Shown: positions 43,301 to 53,572 of the stretch, one piece after another
Numbering within the stretch: the stretch's first letter is position 1
Layout: every line of letters begins with the position of its first letter
Sequence record: ON529855.1
Length of the DNA stretch: 64,000 nucleotides
Strand: one strand, 5' to 3'
Position numbers and translations under genes: made by a program
The notes under the pieces: generated by a model
The model's input: only the letters and a program-made list of their open reading frames with translations
What the model was told of the DNA's origin: nothing
Databases searched by the model: none

Positions 43301-45357
43301 GCCCAGCTTGGCGATTCGGTCCAGTTCCTTTCGGACATCCTTCCACAGGTGATCCTCATCGAAGTAGATTTCCCCGACCACGCGACATTCCGCACGCCGG
43401 CGCACCAGGATGCCCATGCAGAACAGCCAGAACTCATCCCGCGCCTGGCGCTTCAGATAGTCGGAGTGACCGGTGAACAGCGTCTGCTGCTCGAACATGA
43501 TGTCGAAGGCAGAGAAACCGGTCTTGCCGTGTTCGGGGCACTCCCAAAGGCGCGGCGCCATGTCGCCGGCGCTCGCCTTGGCGCTGCACACGCAAGGCAC
43601 GCTACCCATCAGCGGCGCTCCGCCAGGGCGTGCAGCCGCTGTTCGAGGTCGATCACGCGATCTTCGATGGCGGCGGCCTGGTTTGAGACTTTCTCGGCCG
43701 CCGCGTCCAGCATCACCTTGGTGTCGACCTTGATCTGCTCCATCAGAGCGGACTGACGCGCCTCGATCTGCTCGACCTCATGAGCGCCGTCGTCGAACAG
43801 CTTCTCCTGAAGCGTCTTCAAGGCCTTGACCTCGTCCTTCATGGCCTCGATCTCAAGCGCGTCCTGCGAGGACGTCTCGTTGATGTCGGGGCCGTACAGC
43901 ATGGCCTCACGCCGTTCCGCCACCCACTCGGCAGGAACCCCCAGCAGGTCCGCCAATGCGGCGTCCGAGAAGTCCCCGGCGTAGTAGCCGCCCTCGCCGT
44001 TGCTGGTGGCGCGGACATAGTGATCGTTCAGCGCCTCGCCGATCTTGATCCGGTCCAGAACGCCAGGCGCTGAGGGCGTCACGGTGTTGTCGTGGATAGG
44101 CATGGGAGCCGGTTTGGCGTTCATCGGGGTCTCCGGCTTGGGGGTCTGAGGGGCAGGCTCGACGAGCCGCAGGCGGGGTGGGGCGGACGCGCGCACGGCC
44201 TTTGCCTGTCGGCGCGTTTCGGCTTCGGACTTGCGCGTCTCGTTGCGCTCGGTCCACTCTTCGAGGGACAGGCCCGCCTTGGCGGCGAACTTCATATTGC
44301 GCTTGAGGGACATACGCGCGACCCGGTCGGCGTGCTCCTCCGGCGTCATGCTGTCCCAGCCTCCGGTGCGCTTGACCCGGTTGGGCGCCTTGCGCGCCGG
44401 CGCCGGCTCCTGTGAGGGGACGACCTCCGTCGGAGCGGCGATGGGTAGGGGTGCGGATTGCTTGGATTTCACGACCGGCAGAGGCGCCTTGCGGGCCTTA
44501 CCGACCATCTTGACGCCTCGACGGTCGTCGCGGGCCTGATCGGAAATCAGCTTGTCGAGCGCTGCCTGGTCCTCAGGCGAGCGTGGCGGCCTCTGGGCGC
44601 CGGCCTGCTTGATCTTGTCGGTCTGCGCCTTGACAAAGGCGGCGCCCAACGCGGTGTCGGGTCGTGCGGTACGGGGCTGCATGGGTTCGGCCTCCTTTGC
44701 GGGACGGGGCTGGGGCATGTCCGTCGCGTTGACCTGCTCCATAAGGGGGATAAGCGTGACGGCTTGTTCATCCAGTTCCGCCATCAGGACATGGATTTGC
44801 GCGATTCGGTCGTTGATCTCGGACAGCATGGCGTCGTCCAGAAGGTGATCGCGCCGGGCGCGCTTCAATGCGGCCTGGAGCAGGACTTCCGCGCGCGTCT
44901 GGAAATTGGACGGCAGGGCGCGCCCCTGCTCGGCGTGCTCGATCTCCACGGACGCCATAAGGATCGCCAGCAGAGGGAAGTCCTGATAGAGGACGTCATA
45001 TTCCTTCTGGCGCGTGTATTCCGGGTCGAGCGCCACGCGGCTTTTCAGCTTCTCGCTGAGGTCCGCCAGCGTTGCCTGGCGCTTGTCCTGAGGCACGCAG
45101 GCGATCTTGCTGCGCGCGGCGCAACTGGGGCAGACGTCCTTGTTGCGGTGGGCGCCCATCTTCCATCCGAGCCTCCGGCGGAACATCTTGGAGCCGGCTT
45201 CCGGCGGCACAGACCCGGCGTTGTTCGGGATCAGGATGGCGCCCTCGGCGTCGCAGTTTCGGCAGAAGGCCAGAATATGCGATTTGTAATCGTCGGTGCC
45301 GGGAACTTTACGGGTTTCGGTCGGGAACGCGGTACGCGATGACGCTTGACGAATCAT
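40378..45357 (-). CDS. nine hypothetical genes including a 582-aa protein
   Basis: 40378-40677, 40667-41215, 41428-about 41897, 41892-42104, 42138-42503, 42500-42775, 42772-43155, 43142-43609, 43609-45357. Confidence 0.7.
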
Positions 45358-46136
45358 AGGCGGCGCAGACCCAGGCTGGAGACACGATCGTCGGTGTAGA
45401 GCACTGAGCGAACGACGTAATCGCCCCAGAGGTCCTCATTGTCCGTGCGGTCCCAACCGAGCGACAAAGTCGCGTGGGTCTCGGCCAGGTCGATTTCGTC
45501 CTGCGTGAGGGTCAGGCTGACGTCGTCCATATCGGCGAACGTCAGCGTGACCGCGTGGCCCTCGGGCGCTGCATCCCCCGGCAGTTCACCGACCGAGGCA
45601 AAACGGCCGTCCTGCATCTCGGCGGGTGGACGCAGGAACCAGGCGCCGTCGATCTCGTCGCGATAGATGGTCAGGGCGGCGCCGTCGGTCAGGGGGCGCT
45701 CGGTCTGGAGCATGCCCACCGCGTGCACGGCGTAGGTGGTGCCGCGTTTCTTATGCCTCAGCGTGGGGCGCTCCGCCGCCTCCGCCAGCAGGATCAGCGC
45801 GGTCTGGACAGCCTCGGCGCGCTCGTCGCGCATCTTGATCTCGCGATCCATTTCTTCGCGCGAGAAGGAGCCCTTTTCCATCCCTTCAACCAGGCGGTCC
45901 AGCCGCTTGGACTCGAACCGGTCATCAATCAGCAGCGCGTTGAGTATGTCCAGAGCCTTGCCGGCGCGGACGCCGCTGATCGGCTGCGTCAGTTCAGTCC
46001 ATATGGCCCTATGCTCCTCCAGGGCCTTGCGGGCCGTTTCGCGATGGTGATCGCTGTAGAGGTTGCCGTCGGTGTCCAGGACCTGCTGGTTCTGGCGTAT
46101 CTGTTCTTGATGGAAAGCTAGGGCGCGCTCGAACAT
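45354..46136 (-). CDS. protein with DUF1653-like domain
   Basis: RHKKRGTTYAV...IYRDEIDGAWFLRPPAEMQDGRF. Confidence 0.65.
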   Translation of the reverse strand: MFERALAFHQEQIRQNQQVLDTDGNLYSDHHRETARKALEEHRAIWTELTQPISGVRAGKALDILNALLIDDRFESKRLDRLVEGMEKGSFSREEMDREIKMRDERAEAVQTALILLAEAAERPTLRHKKRGTTYAVHAVGMLQTERPLTDGAALTIYRDEIDGAWFLRPPAEMQDGRFASVGELPGDAAPEGHAVTLTFADMDDVSLTLTQDEIDLAETHATLSLGWDRTDNEDLWGDYVVRSVLYTDDRVSSLGLRRL

Positions 46137-46185
46137 GGGGCCTCCGTTGATGTCGTCACCGGTGTAAAAGAATGATTTGCGGTTG

Positions 46186-49100
46186 TCAACCAAGCGCGGC
46201 GTCGAAAGCCTTTTGGCGCTCTTCGGCCAGGCCGACGAACACCGTCACTGCCCAGAACGCTACATCCTCGTCGCCGGCCCGGTCCAGGATGAGGGCCTTG
46301 GCGGCGGCGAAGGCCTCATCATAGTCCGACGCTGCGAGCACTGAGGTCTGGCCCTGGATTTCCACGCTGTAGGCTTCGTCCGCCTTGGCGTAGCGCAGCC
46401 ATCCGACGGGAGTGCTCGCGACCGCCAGGATGCACTGAAGCGTGAGATCGGAGCGGTGCGGCAGGCGGTTGGAGACGTCCTGGATCGTGATCTGATCCTG
46501 CGCAGGGTAGTCGGCCGTGGCGGCGATCGTCGCCAGGGCGTCCGCATGCAAGGCTTTCAGTTTGGCGCGCACAGATGTGAACGAAGGGCCTTTGAAATCT
46601 CGCAAGAGATCATTCAGCGTTCCCAGCGATCGCAACGCGGCGGCGCAGGCCGTCTTGTTCGGGGTCAATCCCTCGGGGTCGGCGGAGACGAAGCGGTCCG
46701 GGTCATAGCCCACGACCTTGCCGTCATCCGAAGCGACCCGGCACCATTCCTGGACGCCGCAGCCGGAGTGTCCGTCGTAGGAGGAGTGGACCCGGTAGGC
46801 GCGCCCGGCGGTCATGCGATCGCTGTCGATCAGGTTGACGACAAGCTGGTTGGCCGCGAAGGTGTGGGACATGCGGGTTCCTCTCAGAAAGGGCGGATGA
46901 CGGCGTCGGTCAGGCGGATCGCCAGGGGATCGCCGGAGGTGGAATAGCGCAGGAAGACTTCGGCGGTCTGGGCGGCGATCAACTTGCGCACCGTCTTGAT
47001 GTCGACGCTCCAGGCGTCTTCGGCCAGGGTGACAGCGCCGGGGTTCGAGACGTCGCCGATGACCGACTTGACCGACCAGCGCCCGCCATGGGTCTTGAAC
47101 AGGCTGTAGGCCTCGCCGGGCTCCAGCATCCGGCGCTTAGCCTCGGCGAGCGCATCTTCGGCCGCCTTGTCCTTTTCAGCCTTGATGCGCGCCTGCACGG
47201 CGCGGCGCGCCTCCCGGCGCATCTCCCGCTCATTGGGCTGGAGACTTGACCACAGGATGTCGCCGTCGAGCCGAGCGGCGAAGCCGTAGCGCCGTGTCAC
47301 GTTGAAGACGGACTGGTTGCCGCCGATCAACGGCGTGAAGACCTTGCGGAGCGACTGGGCGTCGGCGGCGTGCGCCTTGGGCGCCCGCGCGAAGAGTTCC
47401 GCGCTGGTCAGGGCGACGATGCTGTCGTCCAGACTGGCGACCCAGAACCACCCGCGTCGCCAGGCGTAACCGGGCTCGTCGCTCTCGATCGGCCCTTCTT
47501 CCGGCTCAAACTGCGGCCAGGCGGCGTGGACTTCGGCGCTGAGTTCGCTAGAGGCGAAATGGCTCTGGAGCGCCATGTCTTGCGCCGACTTCAAGGCGGA
47601 GGCCTCGTCGCGCGCCATGACGTGAATCTGAATGCGGTTGGTCTGCGTGACCAAGACGCTGTAGTTCCGAAACTCGTCGCTCATAAGCCCCTCCGATCTA
47701 TTCTACGTCACTCCCTACGGCAGTGATTGCCGGCTGTCAACGACCTCAAGCCAGAACATCATGCTCCGTGAGAACGGGCTTCGTTGACAGCGCCTTGACC
47801 ACCACGGTCCAGATCGTGGCCCGTTTCAGCCGAGCGTGGGCCATCAGCTTCTCCACGACGCCGGACGTATCAAAAACAGCCCGGATACCAAAGTCGCGCA
47901 TGGATTGTGTCTGAGCCTGTGCGATCTTCTCGCCGTGCTGGGCCAAGACCGGCTCGATTTGCGCGCGATAGGCGCGGAGCCCCTCGCCGGCGTCTTCCCA
48001 GGCCTTGTCCAACATCGTCTTCAGCGTCATGATCTGGGCGACGTCGTTGCTTCGGGTGACGATGGTGTTCGGCGGGATCGCGACGGGTTCGTCCTTAGGG
48101 TCCCGATCGTGCCGCAGTCCCAGGCATCCGCCAGGAAACTCATAGAGGAGCCGGTAGACCGAGCACGTTCCGGGATCGCTGACGACGTCCGCCACCAGGG
48201 CATAGGCATGCTGGGTCACTGCATGGGCGGGATCAGGAGTCAGGGTCATGCGCCTTGAATGTCCTTGCGATAGTCGTCAATGGCGCCGACGGACCGACCA
48301 ATCTCCAGGATGGCCTTGTTCACATCGAACTCCGCCCGGACGAGATAGGGGAAGATGTCGTGGTCGTACCAGCACTCCAGAACGAAGTCCCAGCCGCCCG
48401 TTTCATAGTGGGCCTGGGCGTGGGTCTTGATCTCGTCGATCAGAGCGCGCTGCTCGGGGGTCGCGGCCGCCATGGCGGCCTTGCCGGCCTCCTCCTGGGC
48501 CACGAACTCTTCATGGGACGTCGGCGTCTTATACATCAGGGTTCTCGCGTTGAAGCTTTTCAAGTCGGCGGCGCCAGCCCTGAATCCAGGTGTTCACGCG
48601 GCCGCGCATGTAGACGTCGGACAGCGCGCCGCCGCTTTCGACGAAGATGACAGTGAAGGCGTCCAGCGACTTGATGCCGTCGGCGATCGTGACGGTGCGA
48701 TTGGCGAAGGCCTGAAAGACATGGCGCTCGGCCACAGCATCGACCAGGGCGTTGGAGGCGCCCGCGCGTTCGAGCACCTCATAGGCGTCATCCGCCAGAC
48801 CCTGGACAAACTGACCGATCACGAGATCAAGCCGTTTTCCGTGCTCTGTCTTGAAAGCTGCGTAGGCAACGTGAGGCATCAGAAGTCCACCTGAGTACGA
48901 AAGTCGAGGATGCGGAAGAAGCGGGAGCAGGCGTCGTCGAAGAACCGATGCGCCTCGCCAAGGTCGTCGAAATGACGGGAAATGCGGTGGGCCGCGAAGG
49001 CGTCGGCCTTGACGAACCCCGCCGCCTTGACGAAGCCCTCCACGTCGTAGGTGAAGTCCACCGAGTCGACCGCCAACTTCAGGGCGAAGCAGTTGGTGCG

Positions 49101-50204
49101 GACCTCGGCCAGGGTCGCGCTGGTGTCACGATAGGGGTCGTTGGTCAGCATCGCCGGCGCGTACCCGCCCCTGGCGTAGACTTCATCGGCGCGCTGACGC
49201 ATCATCTGCGCCGTGTCCAGCTTGGCCTGATTGACCGCGACCGTCAGCCGCGACTTGGCCTTCAGGCGCTCGGACTCGGCAATGCGTTCGTGCAGACGTT
49301 GTTGGCTCGCCAACAGTTCAGCCATGGCGACCGGGGTCACGACGCCCTCGGGGGTCTGGTTCGGGTTGGGAGTCTGCATGGGAAAGCCCTCCTTGTTGTC
49401 GTCTAGGTGGGCTGTAAAGGAATGATTCGAGGTTGTCAAGCGGCCACGGCCGCCGGGCGGCGTTTTCTGGGCGGGCCTTTGATCCGCGCCGGTTTCAGCC
49501 TCGCCGGCGCGGTCTGCAAGCCGGCGAACTTGCCGTTGCGGGTGACGCCCACGGGATCGACGCCGGCGATATACCAGCGCTTGTCCTTCTCGTAGATGTA
49601 GGCGATCCCGTCAGGGTCTCTCATGTTATAGCACCGAAACTCGCCGTCCCACCCGCTCGGGAGCGGGACGATATAGACCGCCGCCGGCGTCCCGCGCGGC
49701 GGCTTTACGCTGTAATCCATCATCCCTTGAGGGCATCCTGCATCACGTTGCGCACCCACTGCGCGGTTTCCTGGGTCTGGTAGCGCGCGATGACGACCTC
49801 GCCCTGCGCGCTGATTTCGATGACGCCGAGACGCCCCTGGGGGCCGGCGGGCGGCAGGGGGCGGACCTCGTAGCGGGTGGTCGGGCGCTTGCGCGGTGCG
49901 GCGAGCCTCGCGTCGATGCGCTCGACCATGCGCTTCATGGCCTTCTTCTTTTCAGCCTTCTTGCCCATCAGTCGGCACGCTCATAGTCGACGAAGGTCGC
50001 GCCGCCGGTCAGGTCGTCGATATAGCCTTCAGGGCCGTTTTCGCAGCGGGCGGCGATCTCGTCGATCAGGGCGGTCCAGTCGGCGCCGCGTTTCCTGGCC
50101 TCGCGCTGGGCCACCTCGCGGAAGCGGGCGATACAGGCCTCGGGCGTGTCCGCGAACACCTCGATCTTGAGGTAGGCGCGCATATTGGCGATCAGTCGAT
50201 ACAT
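46186..50204 (-). CDS. nine hypothetical genes
   Basis: 46186-46872, 46884-47684, 47746-48249, 48246-48563, 48529-48879, 48879-49379, 49436-49759, 49720-49968, 49968-50204. Confidence 0.7.
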
Positions 50205-50274
50205 GGGGTCCTCCCTGTTTGTCGTCAGCCTTTCTCCTAGAGGGCCGAGTGACGGTTGTCAACGCTCTCGCGCC

Positions 50275-50305
50275 AAAGAAAAAGCGGCGGGATTGCTCCC
50301 GCCGC
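50275..50305 (-). terminator. intrinsic terminator closing the hfa-like operon
   Basis: GCGGCGGGA-GCAA-TCCCGCCGC then TTTTTCTTT. Confidence 0.88.
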
Positions 50306-50331
50306 CTCTCATTCAGCCTTGATCCGAAGAC

Positions 50332-51327
50332 TTACGGACGGGTGCCGGCCGTCACGGTCACGGTGTTGCCGATAGCGGTGGCTCCCACCGTGGCGCTGCC
50401 GCCGATGAAGCTGTTGTTCAGGTTCATCGTGGCGATTTGCGGCGTATTCAGCCCTTGCGCGCTGATGTTGGCGAGGACGCCGCCGGCGCCGTTGATGTTG
50501 ACCATGTTACCGAACGCCCCGGCGTTGCCCGTCAGCGAGGAGCCGAACGACGCCGAAGAGATGTTGGTGGTCGCCGTCTGGGTCGCGCCCGGATAGCCGC
50601 CAGTCCCGAAACCATTGGTCTGGAGGACCGTGGCGTTGACGAAACCGTCGGCCGACACGTCAAGGGCCGTGCCAACCGCTTGAGAGATCAGGCCGGCGGA
50701 GCCGCCGACGCTGCCGTTCGAGTAGTTCAGCGCCGCGTTTTGGACTGCACCGGAGTTCACCAGCAGGGGCACGTTGCCGCCATTGATCAGGACGTCACGG
50801 TCCGCATCAATGTTGATCGCGGCGCCCACTGCGCCAGAGACGCCATCCAGGCGACCATCCACGCGGGTCGAGCCCATGTTCAAGGTCGAGGATTGGTTGC
50901 CTTGGTTGACGATCGCGAAGTTCGAGTTGACCACCGCGTCGAACGCACGCACGTCGAGCGCCCCGCCCAGGGACTGAGCGCGCAGGTCAGCGCGATCGAT
51001 GGACGAGGAGTTGACGTTGAGCGTCGAGGTTTGCACGCCGCCATTCGCGATGTGCGCGCCGCCGATATAGGGGTTGTTGTAGTAGGCGGCATTGCCCGAA
51101 ATCGTGGCGGTTCCGAACGCCTCGACGTTCAGTGCCGAACCCACGGCCGCAGCTTGGCCCGTCAGCAGGTGATCGACACGGACGTTGGCGACATTGGCCG
51201 TGGCGGTTTGAGTGTTCGGCGAGTGGATGCCGAGGTTACTGCCGACGCGGACGTCGACCGACTGCGCCGAAGCGGCGCCGGCGAACAGGACGACCGAAGC
51301 GGCCGCCAGAAGGAAAGTCTTACGCAT
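50332..51327 (-). CDS. HfaD-like secreted beta-repeat (curlin/amyloid-like) protein
   Basis: Sec signal (ASA|Q); six Q-x-[AS]-T-x-N...A-x-G-x-x-[LV] repeats starting at Q40, Q99, Q145, Q196, Q250, Q297; ends ATAIGNTVTV; downstream of hfaB. Confidence 0.7.
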   Translation of the reverse strand: MRKTFLLAAASVVLFAGAASAQSVDVRVGSNLGIHSPNTQTATANVANVRVDHLLTGQAAAVGSALNVEAFGTATISGNAAYYNNPYIGGAHIANGGVQTSTLNVNSSSIDRADLRAQSLGGALDVRAFDAVVNSNFAIVNQGNQSSTLNMGSTRVDGRLDGVSGAVGAAINIDADRDVLINGGNVPLLVNSGAVQNAALNYSNGSVGGSAGLISQAVGTALDVSADGFVNATVLQTNGFGTGGYPGATQTATTNISSASFGSSLTGNAGAFGNMVNINGAGGVLANISAQGLNTPQIATMNLNNSFIGGSATVGATAIGNTVTVTAGTRP

Positions 51328-51476
51328 TGAGATATTCTCCCGTTGATGAATGGACGAGGCTCGAATGAGCCCCGCTTAATCCCGACCGCTGAACTGGGAG
51401 CGGTCGTCCCTCCCGCCGGGAAGCCCCGGAGGTTGGCGACGCGGTGACCCAGGGCCGCCGCGAATAGGGGTGCGGC

Positions 51477-52367
51477 TTAAGACCGGAAGCTGGCGTCGAC
51501 GAGCGGCGCGCAGTCGCGGAAGTAGTTGCCGTAGAGCGGGTTCAGCAGTTCCAGCGTGGCGTATTCCAGCGTGGCGCGGACGCCGAGTTGGAGCGGCTCC
51601 TGGCCCTGCTTGCCGGTGTTGATGTCCACCAGATAGTCGCCGAAGAAGCGGAACAGGCCGGCGCGGGTCTCGTAGCCGATGATCTGCTTCTGCACCGAGA
51701 CGGTCTTGACGACCTTCAGCGACTTGGTGTCGACCAGGCGCAGGTCCACCGCCGTGTTGATCACGTAGTAGCGCATGCCGGCCTCGAACAGGCTGACGCC
51801 CAGTTCGGCGCCGCCCGAGACGATGTCGTAGTTGACCTCGGTGATGCCGCCGACGATGTAGTAGTCGGAGCCCTGATACTGACCAGCGGTCAGGTTCAGG
51901 CGGCGCAGCGTGGCGGCCTGAGGGTTCGCGGGATCGTAGGCCGGGTCCTGGATCAGTTGGTTCTGGGTCAGGGTGGCTTCGTTGGAGGCGATGTCCATGT
52001 CGAAGCGCTCGACCTGTTCGATGCCGTCCAGCTTGCCCAGAGCCGACATGACCATGAGCGAGCCGCCCTGGGTGATGCGGAAGCCGCCTTCACTGGCCTC
52101 GTTCGAGAACTTGCCGGTGTAGTCGCGGATTTGGCCCACGGCGATGCGGTTCGGAACCACGCTTTGACGCGTCGCCTGGGCGAAGCATTGCATGGCGGGG
52201 TCCATCGGGCTGGAGTTCAGCGTCGGGCGGGTGCCGACCACGACCGGGGCCTGGCCTTGGGCGTTCAGAACCGGCGAGACGGGGGCGGTCGTTGAGGCGC
52301 AGGCAGCCGTCGACAGGGCCAGCACCGACAGCGCGGCCAGGGTGATGATGCGGTTCTTCATGCTCAA
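51477..52367 (-). CDS. hfaB: HfaB / CsgG-family outer-membrane secretion lipoprotein
   Basis: Lipobox STAAC; IAVGQIRDYTGK, ITQGGSLMVMSALGK, VERFD, GSDYYIVGGITEVNYDI, AVDLRLVDT, QKQIIG, EPLQLGVR. Confidence 0.9.
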   Translation of the reverse strand: MSMKNRIITLAALSVLALSTAACASTTAPVSPVLNAQGQAPVVVGTRPTLNSSPMDPAMQCFAQATRQSVVPNRIAVGQIRDYTGKFSNEASEGGFRITQGGSLMVMSALGKLDGIEQVERFDMDIASNEATLTQNQLIQDPAYDPANPQAATLRRLNLTAGQYQGSDYYIVGGITEVNYDIVSGGAELGVSLFEAGMRYYVINTAVDLRLVDTKSLKVVKTVSVQKQIIGYETRAGLFRFFGDYLVDINTGKQGQEPLQLGVRATLEYATLELLNPLYGNYFRDCAPLVDASFRS

Positions 52368-52861
52368 GCAGCCCCGCCCGGTTGACCATTCGTCTGCGAG
52401 CCGGAGCCCGTGTTCGTATTGGTCTGGTTGCCCTGGCTCGTGACGGTGTTGTCACGAATGGTGTTGGTCGCGTCCTGGGTGTTGCCGGTCGAGGTCTGGT
52501 TGTTGCTGACCTGATTGGACGAACCCGAGCACGTCAGCGAGGCGCCGACGGCGGAGGCCGAGCAGTTGTTGTGGGTCACCGACTGGTCGATGAACTGGAA
52601 CACGTTGTTGGTGTTCGCGGCCGAGCCGCCCAGAAGACCGCCGGCTCCAGCGACGGCGGCGGGATTGCCGGCCTGAAGCTGATCGAAATAACCGGCCTTG
52701 TTCAGTTCGAACAGTTGCAGGCTGTTCTGCTTGGCGACGCGGTCGTTGGCCGTCCCGAAGCGCCACGGGGCGTCTTCGCCGATGGCGCGATCCTGGGCGT
52801 GCGCGGCGCTCGCCGCCATGGCGAGGGCGACAGCCACCCCCGCGAGAATCTTCATTCTCAT
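52364..52861 (-). CDS. HfaA-like secreted N/Q/S/T-rich protein
   Basis: Sec signal (AHA|Q); C-terminal half rich in N/Q/S/T/G with SASAVGASLT; hfaA position; GGAGG RBS. Confidence 0.55.
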   Translation of the reverse strand: MRMKILAGVAVALAMAASAAHAQDRAIGEDAPWRFGTANDRVAKQNSLQLFELNKAGYFDQLQAGNPAAVAGAGGLLGGSAANTNNVFQFIDQSVTHNNCSASAVGASLTCSGSSNQVSNNQTSTGNTQDATNTIRDNTVTSQGNQTNTNTGSGSQTNGQPGGAA

Positions 52862-52972
52862 ATAAAAGTCCCTCCGTATCGGCGCGTGCGCCTTGATGAT
52901 GGGCCGGGGCGCGGGAGAGTTCCCGCCGGCCCCGGTCAGTGATCGAGGGTGTAAAGAAACGATTTACGTCTG

Positions 52973-53572
52973 TCAACACTCGACGTCATTTTTCTTGAAT
53001 CGGTTGATCGGGATGCCGCTCAGCGCCTCCCGATACCGCGAGACCGCCGCCTCTGGCGTCAGGAATTCTGACGTGCTCAAGGTCGCAGCGATCCACAGGC
53101 GTTGAGGACGATCCGCCCACACGCCGCCCCAGTCCGCCGCCAAATGTCGGGAATCCTGCCGTTCAGACCCGCATTGAGTCAGAGCGTGTAGATGGGTCTG
53201 CTGTTTCAGGCAGATCAGATCGCCCGCGAGATGCGGGGCGTCGAGCCCGCGCCAGACGCGCGGACCGGTCACATTGTAGCCCGAGGCCCGGAGGATCAGG
53301 AGGTAGCCGTAACGGGGGAAGCCCTGGTCGCGGTGGAAGCCGATCTCGCCGTTGGCCGAGATCACCTGGACCTCGCCAAAGGCCTGACCCATGTTGACCT
53401 CGGATTCCCACAGGCGGTGGCGCATGTGCGGCCGTTGCTGGCGAACGTAGTCGAGTTGCTCGCGCTTGAGGTTGGCGATCCACTCGGGCGGCACCAGAGG
53501 CAGCAGGGCCTTGCCGACGCCGCGCGCCACCCAGCCGATGGCGTCGTATTTAGGCGGGCTCAGGTCGTGCAA
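52973..53572 (-). CDS. putative 2OG-Fe(II)/cupin-fold oxygenase-like protein
   Basis: GFHRDQ (HxD) and distal THLHAL; TTG start inferred. Confidence 0.45.
   Translation of the reverse strand: MHDLSPPKYDAIGWVARGVGKALLPLVPPEWIANLKREQLDYVRQQRPHMRHRLWESEVNMGQAFGEVQVISANGEIGFHRDQGFPRYGYLLILRASGYNVTGPRVWRGLDAPHLAGDLICLKQQTHLHALTQCGSERQDSRHLAADWGGVWADRPQRLWIAATLSTSEFLTPEAAVSRYREALSGIPINRFKKNDVEC

Noticed and set aside
42117-47710. TTCTACGTCA present at 42117 and 47701, upstream of two genes
   Set aside because: Only two copies of 10 bp in different positional contexts; compatible with chance
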